This document shows positions 30,535 through 44,676 of a stretch of DNA of 64,000 nt, piece after piece (within the stretch, counting starts at the first letter, position 1; each line of letters starts with the position of its first letter). The translations under genes and the position numbers were made by a program. This stretch comes from Octopus vulgaris (taxonomy: Eukaryota). Where the stretch lies: contig OX597823.1 of NCBI GenBank assembly GCA_951406725.2, positions 73,222,001 to 73,286,000 of the forward strand, written 5' to 3'. Under the pieces are notes generated by a model that saw nothing but the letters and a program-made list of their open reading frames with translations, searched no databases and had not been told where the DNA came from.

Positions 30535-30857
30535 ATGCATACACACACAAACACACACATATTAAGATGACGCCGTTAGCAGGAAAGCTCCAGAATCTAA
30601 AGGAAGGAAGGGAAAATAAAAATGTATTAAAATAATCTAAAATAAGTTGAAATGAGGTCTGAAAAGGTTTCATTTTACTGATATATTTAGGGATATTCAC
30701 CAGTACATTATATGCAGGTATATATGTGTATATATATACCTGTATACACATTCATATAAACATGCATTCAGACATGTATACGCATTCATATATACATGCA
30801 TACAGACATGTATACATACATAAAATGCATACATAACATATGAGGAGTTACATATCT

Positions 30858-30924
<67 letters not shown>

Positions 30925-31298
30925 TACACATATATACGTACGTACATACATACATACATATATACATACACACAACGAGACACACACATGCAATCATATG
31001 TTAAATGTTCATAAATTAGCAGGTTACCTACTAATGAGATGCACCTCCCAAATTTTTATTTTCTCGATTAAGAACTTCCTTATCAACAGTAGTTGTCACG
31101 TAGTTCAACCCAGAACAGATATCTACACATGTATTGCTGCTTATTAAAAATATCCTATCGTAATTCTATGTCTAGACAGGATCCATTTTGAAATAATATA
31201 ATGATACTAGTAAATTACATGTTAAGAGAAAAATTATACTATTTTCAATCTATCAATAGTTCTATCTATTTATTTACAACTGTCACGGCACTCCCACA

Positions 31299-32010
31299 TT
31301 CTTCTTAATCTTCTTCTTCTTAATCTTCTTCTTCTTCTTCTTCTTCTCCTCCTCCCCTTCTTCTTCTCCCCACCCTTCCTCTTCTTTTCTTCTTCTTCTT
31401 CTTCTTCTCCTCTTCTTCTTCTCCCCTTCTTCTTCTCCTCTTCTTCTTCTCCCCTTCTTCTCTTCCTCTTCTTCTTCTTTCACTTCTTTTCCCCATTCTT
31501 CTTCTTCTTCTTCTTCTTCTCCTCCTCCCCTTCTTCTTCTTCTCCCCACCCTTCCTCTTCTTTTCTTCTTCTTCTTCTTCTTCTCCTCTTCTTCTTCTCC
31601 CCTTCTTCTCTTCCTCTTCTTCTTCTTTCACTTCTTTTCCCCATTCTTCTTCTTCTTCTTCTTCTTCTCCTCCTCCCCTTCTTCTTCTTCTCCACACCCT
31701 TCCTCTTCTTTTTTCTTCTTCTTCTTCTTCTTCTTCTCCTCCTCCACTTCTTCTTCTCTTCCTCTTCTTCTTCTTCTTTCACTTCTTTTCCCCTTCTTCT
31801 TCTTCTTGTTCTTCTTCTTCTCCTCCCCTTCTTCTTCTCCACACCCTTCCTCTTCTTCTTTTTTCTTCTTCTTCTTCTTCTTCTTCTCCTCCTCCTCCCC
31901 TTCTTCTTCTCCACACCCTTCCTCTTCTTTTCTTCTTCTTCTTCTTCTTCTCCTCCTCCTCTCCTTCCTCTCATCCGCCTCCTTCTTCTTCTTCTTCCTC
32001 TTCTACTTCT
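31299..32010. repeat. Polypyrimidine (TTC/TCC)n tract with higher-order repeat units
   Basis: Variant landmarks TTTCACTTCTTTTCCCC and CTCC(C/A)CACCCTTCCTC recur several times; period roughly 150 bp in part of the tract. Confidence 0.9.
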
Positions 32011-33343
32011 TCCCTACCAAGAATTCACAACGACCTCGAACCGACAAGAGTAAACAAGAGAGACAGAGTCTGGAAGAAACAAGGAAAATGCCACTTGTAT
32101 TTGAACACTATGCAAATATTCTTTAAAAAAAAATAACTTCTTTTAATTTTTCCAAAATTTAATTGTTTTCTATACTTACAGTTCAAAAAGTCTCATTGAC
32201 TGAAACTGGTACTGAAATGTTTTTTGTGAAATTATTTTAGCATTTTCTATCTTGACATTTTTCCACATATATATATATATGGTGCTCCAGAATGACCGCG
32301 GCCGCATTGCAGAAACGAGTAAAAGGGTTTATATATACAGATAGATAAGAGTAAATGTAAGGGAAAGCAAGTTACGCAAGTCGATGTTCAAAAAATATCA
32401 AATACATTAAATATAAAAAATGTAAATATGTACATTATTTAGTATTAAATGTATTTAATATTCTTTAGTGTATCGATTTGCCTAACTTGCTTTTCAAATC
32501 TCTTGAGCATTACGAAATATATCCTATACAGAGAAGACCTGTCTCTAATCTATACACCATATGCCACATCTGCTAGCCCTGAGGTGAATATTTGTACATA
32601 CATTATAGCAGTCATACGGTTTCGCAGACTGTCATCGCTTAATTGTTCTCTTAATGCTGCATGAATGTGAGTTTTCAGTTTTGCTATGGACCAACATTCA
32701 TTTGCATAAAATTGACAACGCTGGACGCCTGTTACTGTCGGTGTTGCCACCTACATTGACATATGTCTTAATTCCATTATGTAATCTTTTATTGTGTTTT
32801 GCCTTTTTCGTCTACGGTGAGCCATAATACATAATGAAGACATTAAATACCAAGTGAACATACTTGGATTAGCGGTTAGGGTATTCGGCTCGCGATCGTG
32901 AGTTCGATTCCTGGTTGTGCAATGTGTCCTTGGGCAAGATATTTTATTTCACAATTCTCCAGTTCACTCAGCCGCAAATATGAATGCTACATATATTTCA
33001 AAAAGGGCCAGACATGTCACATTCTTTGTCACACTGAATCTTTTGAGATGTATGTTAAGGATACGCGTATCTCCGAAATGTTCCCCCATTTGCACTTTAA
33101 TTTCACGAGTAGGTTCTCCCATTGAGCAGATCAATTGTAACCCTCATCGTCGTACTCGGAGGAGTACCAGTTAGTTAACTACCAAGTGATGTCGGAGGCT
33201 AAAGCTATTTAAAGTGAAGAAATGTTTTTTCAATGAGCCAGTCGCATTTCTAAGCGACGAATGCATATGTCTAAAAAGAATTACTCCACACCTATTGAAT
33301 TCCATCGAAGTCCTGTTACGCTAGAAATTTCTTTCGCCTAGAA

Positions 33344-33715
33344 CAGGGATTCTCAACCGTATTTTCTTTATGGACCGTTTTGATTACTATTTTATTCTGG
33401 TGAACTCCCATAACCATTTGATGTTTAAAAACTAATTTTATACAAACCGCTTTCAAAATTCCAATTTTGTTTTTCTCACATTGACTTGTGTCGGTTGAAC
33501 TATGTAATGTAAAATGTTAGAGAAAGAAACCTAATTTTTGCAATACGCACCAATACATACAGCTTAAGCAAGACTTTTTTCAGGGGCCCTTGAAATACTA
33601 TTGTAGATCCCCAATTAAGCATTTTGTAACAGGGACCCCATCACCCACCCTATCCGAAAACAGATATCTTATATGGACTCTCAGGGGTCATATAGACCCC
33701 GGTTGAGAAGCACTG
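33344..33715. mobile_element. hAT-like MITE
   Basis: Termini CAGGGATTCTCAACCG / CGGTTGAGAAGCACTG. No clear target-site duplication. Confidence 0.65.
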
Positions 33716-34025
33716 AACAACAAAAATATCTAAACAAAGACCAGAGGAATCTCATTCCTAGCTGCTGGATGGCAATTGACTGTACTGTATTCATCCACCC
33801 ATTGAAGGTTTGTGTCTCCTTCAGCAGGGCGTCCATCCAAAACTACCATCATATTTGATGGTATGTACGACAACAACAGGTTTGGAGCTACAGTACTTCG
33901 ACCAGAGGAGACCCAACGGTTTTGATTTGTTTTCAAATGGCTTATAAGCACCTTCCACGCTGCAATTGCTTTTGCTTCAGCACACGATCTCAGATCAAGT
34001 CACTTGCTATGCAAGTACATCTCCG

Positions 34026-34074
<49 letters not shown>

Positions 34075-34213
34075 AATAATAGGTCAACTAATTATTGATA
34101 CTTTGAGGCCTTGCTTTGTAAGTTAGTTGCAATAATTGTATAAACTCAAAAATTCCTTTCATCATCAAAAGTGAATGGAAATATCAAAACGTTTTCCTGG
34201 CGCCCACACATAT

Positions 34214-34465
34214 ACGGATATCACGTGTAAAGCAGAAGAAGAAGAAGAAGAAGAAGAAGAAGAAAAAAGAAGAGGAAGAAGAAGAAAAGAAGAAGAAGAA
34301 GAAGAAAAGGAGGAGGATGGGGAGGAGCAGCAGCAGGAAGGGAGAAGCAGGAGGAGAAGATGGAAGAGGTAGAAGAAGGAGGAAAATATGAAGAAAATGA
34401 TGAGGAGGAGGAGGAGAAGAAGCGGAGGAGGAATTAGAAGAAGAAGAACAACAACAACAACAACA
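34214..34465. repeat. (GAA/GAG/CAA)n trinucleotide tract
   Basis: Direct reading. Confidence 0.9.
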
Positions 34466-35104
34466 AGGGCAAAGATAAAATACAACGCTATATTCAACTA
34501 TTCCACGCAAATTTGATAATAGTAAAAAATAAATAATATAAAGCATGAGACATGTGAAAAACACCAGTAATGGAATAGATGTGGAAATCTAATACAATAA
34601 ATAAATATATAATTTCCACACGTAAATATGATAGTATACCTCCATTTTGGAGGTATCAGATTACGAATGCATAAAAAACACATTAGCGATAAATTCCGGA
34701 TTTTGTATATTATAACGCTTTTGAAGTAACCAGAGCAGATAAGAAGACAAGACAGCATACCAGAGGTCACTGCCAAGCCGTGATAGTGACGCAGTTTCCG
34801 ATTCGTTTCCGAAGATTAATGGCTCAGCTCCATATGTAACATTGTTTGGGAGAAAAAGAATTCAGCAAGAGTCATACAAAAGTCATTCCAAAGACGAAGC
34901 AAACAGCAACATCAAAAGCTGTGGGAGCAGTTGTCAATGTGAAATATGTGGAAGAATCTGGACATGTAAATATGAAGCACATACTGTTGGATGTGTAACA
35001 TGTGGGGCAAAATGATGAGGTCGAAAGCTAGCACGAAGTGTCATACATCATATTCGGCGACGAGTTGTCAAGTAATGCGTTTGTGTGTCTGAGTCTGTGT
35101 GTGC

Positions 35105-35197
<93 letters not shown>

Positions 35198-37526
35198 GAA
35201 AAATACAGATGAGAAAATAATTTTATGTCTGTGCATGTGTGTAATTGTTTCTGGCTACGTTTATAGGTAACTCAGAATATACGCAGGCTTTACAACCATT
35301 CAATGGGTTCTGAGAATTGTAGAAAGCGAAGATATTTTCTGCAGAGCGATAAATTGTTCCGAATGCTTACAACAGGTTAGACTATGTAAAACGTTCGTCA
35401 CAAAAGAGCAGGAATGTATCTTCGGATAAATTTCGATAATAACAACTCTGATGACTCAGTCAGAAACGTAACGAACAACGCTCTGAAAGCTCTGCAATAC
35501 GTAATCTGTAACGGTAACTACTTTGTATACATGTCCTGAATACGTATCTCTCAGAAGAACAGTTCACATAGCAGTCAATACCTGTATGAAGCATAGACCA
35601 ATACTGACGAATAAAATTTTGTAAGCCTCTTTTACTTTTGTGAGGCCTTATTGGCATAATATTGGTGTTGCAGTACTCGGCAATTTGATTTGAATACTGA
35701 CGACATATGATAACTTATTTGCAATGATCCACTGTTTAAATCCTCATCCATAATGATGGTAATGAGATTGTAATGAGGAGGAAGGTTAGGTGGAAGCGGA
35801 GAATATCAAATCTACAGACTAGTCTTAATCATATATACTTGAATATACTTGAATATACTTGAGTGAATTTCTCTCAATTCTCAGCAAGTACTTCCACGCT
35901 ATACAGAAGTGTATACTTGCTGGAAGAACAGAATAAGCCTGCTTCATCGAAAACATATAATGACTGAGCAATTTATCGTCAAATATGTTTAGCAAGTCTC
36001 GACTTAAGATGATTGACATGCCTCGACTCAAAACGTTATCTAAGTCGTGGCTCCTGGAGATGAATAATTTCGAGTGATTTAATTTGATTTTTTTAAATTA
36101 TGCATTGCTGAAAACAATGGCAAAATAAAATAAATATTATGTTCGTTATTAAGTGTCAAGTTTTTCTCTCTTATATATAGCTAAGGTATCCATTCGTAAT
36201 TCTATTTCTGCACAAGACTTTTTTTTCAAATAATATGAATAAATTTTGTAGATAATTATCGATGACACATTCTCATGCTTACCGTCAGATTCATCTATAA
36301 CTCTTAGCACGACTAGCTTTAGTGCAATACTAAAGCCACATTAATACATTTATCACTTACACTACTCAATATGATGGTCTGTAGAAACCATATGATTCAC
36401 GTTCTAAATATTATCAAGAGACCCCCAGCCGCTCCTTCTTTGAGCAGTCATTTAGCTACTTGTTTTGCACTTTCCTCGAAGAGTTGGTTAACTAGCTTTC
36501 CAGTTCTTATGCGACTGTCCCGAAAGTATTTTTATTCTTCTTTCTGTATATACCATTTTGTCTTGATCTTTCTTTCTTCTTTTTTTATTATCTTTTAGTA
36601 TATTTCTTTCTTTTTAACGCATTGAAATCGTGACAATGTTCGATATAATTTCTTTCATCATTACGTTGAAATTTTCTTCATTCACCCACCTTCCTATGGT
36701 CTCTTATTCTCCTACGTTTTAAGAAATATTACACTATTGTGTTAGATATGATGTCATACGTTGCTGCTGCAGTTGTCGTCTAGCATCAGGACGATTCTAA
36801 TCAAACAGACCTATACCAAAGGCATGCAGCCATTCCGCCGATTAGATTTAATAAATTGTGGTTTTGGTTGTAGTCATCACTCTTGATGTTAATGGCTGAT
36901 GTTGGTTTCGTCATCGTTGTCGTCGATGTTATTGTTGCTGTTGTTTAGCCTCCGGTTAAATCTAATGGATTATATCTATTGTGAAATGCGCTCCAGCTAT
37001 GATGATTCATGTTTATGAACTCATCTGACCTCAACCAGAACTGGTATTATAGTAGTAGCACCATGTTACTTTGCTATTGTGCATTTACTCCGGTCCTAAC
37101 CTTTTATTTTCTTTACGTGTTTTGTTACTGGTATCAGTCCTTAGAGAAGACTCAATTTAATTGCTTGACCTTCTAAAATAACTTCAAAATATCCCTCATA
37201 ACCCACCCTACAGTGCAAAGGAATGACGTTCGATTGAAAACTACGAGATACACTAGACTGGAAAATAAAAATCGACTGTCAGCAATGGAACGTCTTTAAC
37301 AATAGGTTTCATTCACTGGACTTGATTCTGCGACTATACATCAACAAAAATAATAAAATTGTATTGTTTGCTATTATAGATAGTAGGTGCATATAAAGAG
37401 AAAATGAAAGGTAAATCTATAATTAACAACGAAGTGAGGATGACCTTAAACTAAACACTACTTCCATTCAATACATGCAGAAAAGTGAAGGATGAAACAA
37501 TACGACAATAAATAAGATACTAAATC

Positions 37527-37568
<42 letters not shown>

Positions 37569-37794
37569 TATAGAAAAAGCGAAACAAACAGTAAAAAAGT
37601 ACTTCAATACGAATCTGTACCTGTTATTGTTCGTATAATGAATATGTATAACTACGTAAGTTTTAAATGATTTTTTATTTCCTTATCTCTGATCCCATTA
37701 TAACGAATCCTTCGTCTTTATCCAATGAGCGAATGCTTCTTTAGCCTTTCAATATTCATACACACACATACACACACGGATGCATATGTGTGTG

Positions 37795-37834
<40 letters not shown>

Positions 37835-37890
37835 ATTATATTATATATATATACACTTGTATGTACACACACACACGAACTCCCCACACC

Positions 37891-37955
<65 letters not shown>

Positions 37956-37965
37956 CATACATATA

Positions 37966-38400
37966 CAAGGGTTGGACAAAATAATGGAAACACCTTAAAA
38001 TTTCAAACAAATTTGTTTTAATACGGGGTAGGACCGCCTTTGGCAGTAATTACACCTTGCATTCAGGGAGGTATGGACTCATACAAACTTTGAATTGTTT
38101 CCCAAGGAATTTTTGTCTATTCTTCAGCTAAAACAGACTTCAGTTCTAATAGTGATGATGGTGGAGGATATCGACTGCTTACTTGTATTTCGAAAATGCA
38201 CCATAAATGTTCAATAATATTGAGATCTGAGCACTGTGGTGGCCAGATAAGATGTTCAGCTTCACTAGAATGTTCCTCGTACCATTCAGTAACAACTTTA
38301 GCTATTTGCAGAGGGGCATTATCATCCTGAAAGTTTGCGTTTCCCTCTTCCGGAAACTGTTCCGCAACCATAGGATGAAGTTGATCCGATAGTATTCAGC
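37966..38400 (-). mobile_element. Tc1-like transposon 3' end
   Basis: FQDDNAP and WPPQCSDLNIIEHLW motifs; TIR-like CAAGGGTTGGACAAAATAATGGAAACACC after TA. Confidence 0.85.
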
Positions 38401-38413
38401 TAACTAGATATAA

Positions 38414-38467
<54 letters not shown>

Positions 38468-40140
38468 CTGATAACGAAAATGAGAGTGTATATATATTCA
38501 CATCAAAAAATTTTTTATTAAAACCTTTTCCACAGCGTATATAACACTGGTAACACTGACCTACATATGTTTCGACTTTATCGACTGCACATTGTTCTGC
38601 AGGCAAGTATGCATCCTAGTCGCTGAAGTTTCATCAAGTGTTCATCAGTCACGTCGTTTTCAAAGTGAAGTCATACAAACAAGCGTCCTCTGGTGGTATT
38701 CAGTTGAAGATGTTAGCGTTACTTTTTAAATCCAATAGAATTTTGGTCTTACAATCACCTATACTGGTATTAGAGTTGAAGCGTGGTTTTAAATTGTTTA
38801 TTCAGCTTTCAATTAATTGTAGTAGCTTTGTTTACATTCTTCTGTATGGAGTACATTCTTTTTTCAGAGGTATCTTACTTGTGGTTTATACCTTCCAAAA
38901 ATATTATTGTTATTATTATTAGTAGTAGTATTTGTATAAATATCATTATTACAATCATTATTGTAACTTGCATAATTACTATAGATGGTGAGTTGTACAT
39001 ATTTAAATTGTTTAAACGTATATTTTCTCAAGTGCTGACACCTTAAAGCCTGTTCTCGCCTTGTGTTTATAACAGTAAATTTAGATGTGGAAAATTAGTA
39101 CATTTCTTCCACATAAAAGTCACATCTATTATAACCTATTCTACAAGGTTTTGGATAGCCGGCATCTGTACCAATCTGTGAGATAAAATGTTATCCACCA
39201 TATGATATATTTTCTTCGCATTCCTCAATTACTGCAGATCAGTTGTACCTCAAATTTTGTTGATGAGCGGTTTTAATATTACAGTGAATATCCGAGTTAT
39301 TTTGGCACACGTTGTAGCTCTCTTTTTGCCTTGCGTTATTCGTAGAATCAGAACACCAAATCAAGTTCAATTGCGACAGCTGTTTTCTCTTATAACACGC
39401 ATCTGTTTTCTTTTATAACACGCTAAGGATTTGTTGCAGGCGCTACCTTCGTTCGTTTTTATTCATGTTGAATTTTCAGCTTCCATCTTCTATTCGCTAT
39501 CTTGCCTCAGTCCAGTTCCATCAAGGTTTTGTGGATTTAATTAAATGTCCATGAAATTTTAACTTGTTTGAAAGTAATGTGCACTGTCTTCCACGATTAT
39601 CTGAGGTCTTCTTATTTTAGGATTCTCGTTTCATACACACGTTTATATTGCTTTCGCAAAGTAACGTAACTCCAATAGATTAGGGAGCTACTTTGTAATT
39701 TTAGTACGGTGCGGTGCTCTGGACGTGTGCATCTTAGGGTCTTCTCCGTTGTTGCTACAGTTTTTGAAATTTTCAAATTAAGTGACAATTTTTAAATATG
39801 GTTGAGTACAGGAATCGACATAATCAACTTATCCTTTCACCGATATTGCTGGCCTTGAGTCAATATTTGAAGCCAATGTTTGTGCGTCTGATCTGGTTAC
39901 AACCTACAGTTTGAACGAACGATTGAAGTGGGCAAATTATATTACGTTATTGGAGTAAATGGTTTGTTACAAGTCGGCAGAATAGTGAAAAAATAGCAGA
40001 AAAGGAGCTCTAGTGAATTTCATAGTGTTATTGTTGACATTTATCTTCTGGGCGAAATCGAACCAACAGATCTCCCATAGAAAGGAAGTATTCCAACCGT
40101 AATGATTATCTTTACCGATATGTTTTACTCAAACAACTAT

Positions 40141-40416
40141 ATTATGTACATTATTTACAATTGACGGATATTTATCCTCATCTTGTTTGTTGATAACACA
40201 ACGTTTCGGCTTCATCAGGTATCTTGGAGAAATTTCGAACCTAGTTTCTCATTTCTAAGGTATTTTCAATGTTGTTGTTATTATTATTATTATTAGTTAT
40301 TCAAGGCACTGCCTGGAATTGAACTCGGATTCTTGGGGTTAGTAGCACCTCCTCTTAGCCATTACGCTATACACCCGTGGACAATTATAGCGTGCCTTGA
40401 ACAGATAATAGCAACA

Positions 40417-40513
<97 letters not shown>

Positions 40514-40680
40514 CCTCAGCAAAAATTACTTTAGGAATGAGAACCCAGGGTTGGGTTCAAAATTCAACCTGGACACCCTATGAAAGCTGGTGTGTATATC
40601 AGCCGAAACGTTGTGGTAACAACAAACAAGATGAGGACACATATCCGTCCAATGTAAATAATGTAAATAATGTACAAAAT
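40141..40680. repeat. Inverted repeat with hammerhead-like motifs in both arms around a (TAA)n spacer (Penelope-like terminal repeats)
   Basis: GACGGATATTTATCCTCATCTTGTTTGTTG..ACAACGTTTCGGC pairs with GCCGAAACGTTGT..CAACAAACAAGATGAGGACACATATCCGTC. The minus strand of the left arm reads CCTGATGAAGCCGAAACGTT. Confidence 0.8.
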
Positions 40681-40839
40681 TCCTCATCTCGAAAATATAG
40701 AATAGAACTATATTAGCAGTCCATTTTTAAAAGGCGGTGTGACTTGAGACCCATTTGGCTACTATTTCTATCGGGAGAATAGCTTTTGGGATCGCCTTCC
40801 CTGGTACAAATGATGGATACATATTTCCAGTCCTGCCAC

Positions 40840-41230
40840 AGGTCTGACACATTTTTTCTACTTGCTCTTGATAATATATCAGTTTATACAGAAATTCTTA
40901 GCAATTCCTCCAGCCATTCATCCATTTTCTACATTCACTATTCCTCGGACGGTGCAAGAGGTAGAATGCTCTGACCTCCTCCATAGGGTCCAGTCTGACG
41001 CAACCGTTATAAAATTTTCCGGCTGGATTCCAACACGTGACCAACTGGCACAACGGATATTATCAAAACATGTCGTTCATGGTCTAGGCCTAAGTCTGCA
41101 GCAATTTTGCCAGGTTTGAAGAATGTGAATTGTGGTTCTTTCCTGCGGCATTCAAACCACATGCTCGTATTACCAGAGCTGAGACTTCTTAACGCAGAGA
41201 AGTAGTGGCTCGACCTGATACGGGACCTAA
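40840..41230 (-). mobile_element. Decayed LINE 3' coding end (RTE-like)
   Basis: Minus-strand fragments such as RPRP....DNI and VASDWTLWR resemble RTE ORF C-termini. Confidence 0.5.
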
Positions 41231-42413
41231 TCTCTTAGCAATTCATTTTCAAAAATATATATTATCCATTTTTGTTTACTCACCTATTGATTTAATTTCT
41301 AAAGTATTATTAGCGAGTTTTAAGTGTGGTTTTACGGAAAATACATTTCATGACGTTCCTGTAATTTTAGAAAATACAAACGTCACGTAATCATACTTTT
41401 TCTCTGTTACAAATCTTGATTACTTTTATCTACATAAAAATACAAATCATTAAAATAATGAGTTTTAGCTTAAGCACAAAGCTAGGAAGTGGGACAGTAG
41501 ATTAATATCGAGCACATTACTTGAGTGGTACTTGGTTTTATCGATTACGAAAGGATGACTGGGAAAGTCGACCTCGACAGAATAAAGATTTAGAACAGAA
41601 GAGGACGTAACTAAATACCACAAAGTAGTTTTTGGGTAATCTACTGATTCTGCCAATCTATTACCCTTACAAATTAGTAGAATGATAGAAAAGATCGATC
41701 GATCGACCTGAGATTTGTGTTTCACAATGCAGCAGTATTCAGAGAATATAAACTAAAATCGATTTTTTTTTCAATAAGTTGTCTCGATAAAGAATGTGCA
41801 CAAAAGTCATGTTTGTTGGAGCGAAATAATAAAATTTACCATTTCTAAGAAATCTGACCTTCAATAGATTTTAGAACAGACTTCCTTGCATAATTAAAAT
41901 ACTTAATACGATAATAAAATAAAATACAGTCAAGATTACATCAAACATAGACATGCATGTGCACATTCAACATATATATGTATATATACATATGTGTGTG
42001 TGTTCGTGTACGCTTCTGCGATTGCATGAGTTTGTGTGTGTGTGTGTGTGTATACGAACCTACGTATACATATATATATACAGGTAAGTATATATGTCTG
42101 AAGAGAAGTATATCTGTGCGTGTATGTAAGGCATTCTTCCACAAAGTTTTCGGCAGTCAAATTCTGAACTGATATCATAAAGGAATATACGTGGCGAAGT
42201 GGTCGTGGATGGGCAGCGAACTGCGTTGTGTCAAAGCTGACTTCTTAACTTCTAAGCTTTGTCTTAGCATTTGCACTTTTACACAGATAGGTACACGCAC
42301 ACATACTCGCACACACACACATATACACATAAGTATATCCATGGTGTGTACGTGTATATATAACTATCTATCTATCTATCTATCTATCTATCCATTCTAT
42401 CTATCTATATAAA

Positions 42414-42791
42414 ACATACAAATTAAGAGAAATGACCCGCAAATTGGATTCCTAATATGCTAAAGATAGACGTCAGATCTCCTTACCACGAAGAGTGTGT
42501 TCTCAAGAAAATTTCAGCAAACGCCAGAATGTCAAAATGAGCAAGACAAATGAAAATATACGAAATAAATACCGATTAACTACGTACGATGGTTTCGTTT
42601 GTTATTATTTACAAATGGTATGTAGTTAATCGTTTTTTATTTCGTATATTTTCATTTGTCTTCCTCATTTTCATATTCTGGCGTTTGCTGAAATTTTCTT
42701 GAGAACACACTTTTCGTTGTAAGGCGATTTGACGTCTATCTTTAGCATATTAGGAATCCACTTTGGAGGTCATTCCTCTTAATTTTTATGT
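42414..42791. repeat. Long inverted repeat (about 170-bp arms, about 30-bp loop)
   Basis: TGGATTCCTAATATGCTAAAGATAGACGTCA and GTGTGTTCTCAAGAAAATTTCAGCAAACGCCAGAAT have exact reverse complements in the right arm. Confidence 0.92.
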
Positions 42792-43039
42792 AATATAATT
42801 TTTCATCTTCGGATCTTCTAAATATGCTAAGCCACTGGCTTTAATTGATTAATATCAATTTCTACCCGCATTATTTAAGTTATATATATGTATATATATA
42901 TATATATATACATGTACGATGGGTAAATTGTCGCCAGCCAGAAATTTGGAAACAACATGCTGTACTGTTTGGCCTTCACGCCGGAAGATTCAGTACGAAT
43001 ATTTCAGCGTGTTTGAGTAGAGTGTTTAGGTGTCGATAT

Positions 43040-43654
43040 GAGGACAGTGCTATCTGAAGACATGTACCGAGAGAGATAAATATTAAACATCTAGTCAACA
43101 TCATGGTGCTTGGAGTGATCACTTGTGATGGCAATGTTATGCTTCCATTTATCTTCCCACACGTCCACAAACTCAACACGGAGGCCTACATCAAGTGCCT
43201 GCTGGAGGTAGTGCTGCCCTGGCCAAGAGGATGGCCACTGCATGACCTTATATCTGGCAACAGAACTCTGTACCATGCCACACCAGAAGGAGACCCAGTC
43301 ATGGCTGTCAGACAATTTCTGAAACCACATTACTCCTAACTCCTCAGACTGCAACCCCCTTGATAATTATGTCAAAGGTGCATCTGAGCGACAGACCATC
43401 AAAACTCCTTCTAACACCAAAGATGAACTGAAGGCAAAGATTATGGCAGCATCTACCAACCATCCAGCAGAGTTGCAGGAGATTCCGAAGTTGCTTCGAG
43501 GCCGTGGTGGAAGCCAAATGGCGCTTTTATTGAATAAATTTACTCTTTATTATTTCAAAATATTTATGTATTTTTGGTTAATATATCTGTAAAACTGAGA
43601 TGTCAGTGTTATTTTCCTTTTGCGTCATTTAGACGACAGCATATTCACCGCACC

Positions 43655-43660
<6 letters not shown>
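43040..43660 (+). mobile_element. Decayed Tc1/mariner superfamily transposon (maT/DD37D-like) 3' part
   Basis: MVLGVITCDGNVMLPFIF...LNTEAYIKCLLEVVLPW and PNSSDCNPLD motifs; ends CACCCTG next to a TA-rich flank. Confidence 0.7.
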
Positions 43661-43703
<43 letters not shown>

Positions 43704-43710
<7 letters not shown>

Positions 43711-43988
43711 ATCACGTGACCGACCAGACCATCAGATGTTGTTACACATCGCTGGTCACAATGCGTTCGCATTATTTTAGCCTTCGAATGACGCCATCCC
43801 GCTGGCTAAGCGAGCAGGCCAACAGAAGAAAGAGTGAGAGAAAGTGTGGTGAAAGAGTACAGCAGGGATCACCACCTCCTGCCGGAGCCTCGTGGAACTT
43901 TTTAGGTGTTTTCGCTCAATAAACACTCACAACGCCCGGTCTAGGAATGGAAACCGCGATCCTACGACCGCGAGTCCGCTGCCCTAAC
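43704..43988 (-). mobile_element. tRNA-derived SINE family C
   Basis: Homologous to 51938-52226, 54718-55020 and 60887-61268. Confidence 0.8.
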
Positions 43989-44662
43989 GCACACACACGA
44001 GAGGGTGTTGAAAAGGTCTTGGCTTTTGGGGGCGTTGCGAAAGGCCTGGCTGGAAGCCCAGCATTCCGAGTTGTTTTACAGAACTTAGTAAAAATGTAGA
44101 ACCGCTGCAATAAACATGTGAATCTGAGATGGGAGTATGCTGAATAAAATCATAATTAACTGATCCTCCAGTGTATTCTTTTACCGTAAGCGAGGAAATT
44201 TTCAGCAACCGCTAGTATATATACACACATATATAGACACACGTGTTGTGCGTGTATGTTTGGTGATGCAAACAGGAAAATAGAACTAGAAACATGTGTG
44301 TGTCTTTGTGTGCGTGTCTCTGAATGTGTGGACTTATGTGTGTGTGTGCGTGAGAGAGAGAATTTATGAACATGCATGCATGTGTGTGAATATAGGAATG
44401 TGTGTGAATATATGTGTGTGTATTCATGTACAAACAGTATTTATAATCAGCGCCACTCACAGTTACGTGTGCGTGAGTAAGCATATATATTTTAAAATTT
44501 CCCTTATTTACTTACTTATTTATTTATTGAGAGACGTAAACTGTTATAAATATGCAATATCTACGTGACATTGTAATTATTTTAAATATATTTGCTTCAG
44601 AACAATCCAGGGAAATACCATTATTACCGGTATATAAATACGTGACACTCTTATCTGAAATA

Positions 44663-44676
44663 AGTTTATTAAATAT
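44663..44676 (+). repeat. 14-bp direct repeat AGTTTATTAAATAT, copy 1 of 4 (also 46331-46344, 48019-48032, 49436-49449); target-site-duplication-like
   Basis: Exact 14-mer at both outer ends and both internal junctions of the three-element array. The first three copies extend with GC. Confidence 0.92.

Noticed and set aside
35447-35470. Hammerhead-like CTGATGA...GAAACGT
   Set aside because: Stems I and II do not pair convincingly.
32550-36710. Possible host exons on the minus strand (32550-32750, 35460-35760, 35825-36055)
   Set aside because: Some acceptor-like AG sites and short open frames, but no recognisable protein and no consistent exon chain. RNA-seq would be needed.
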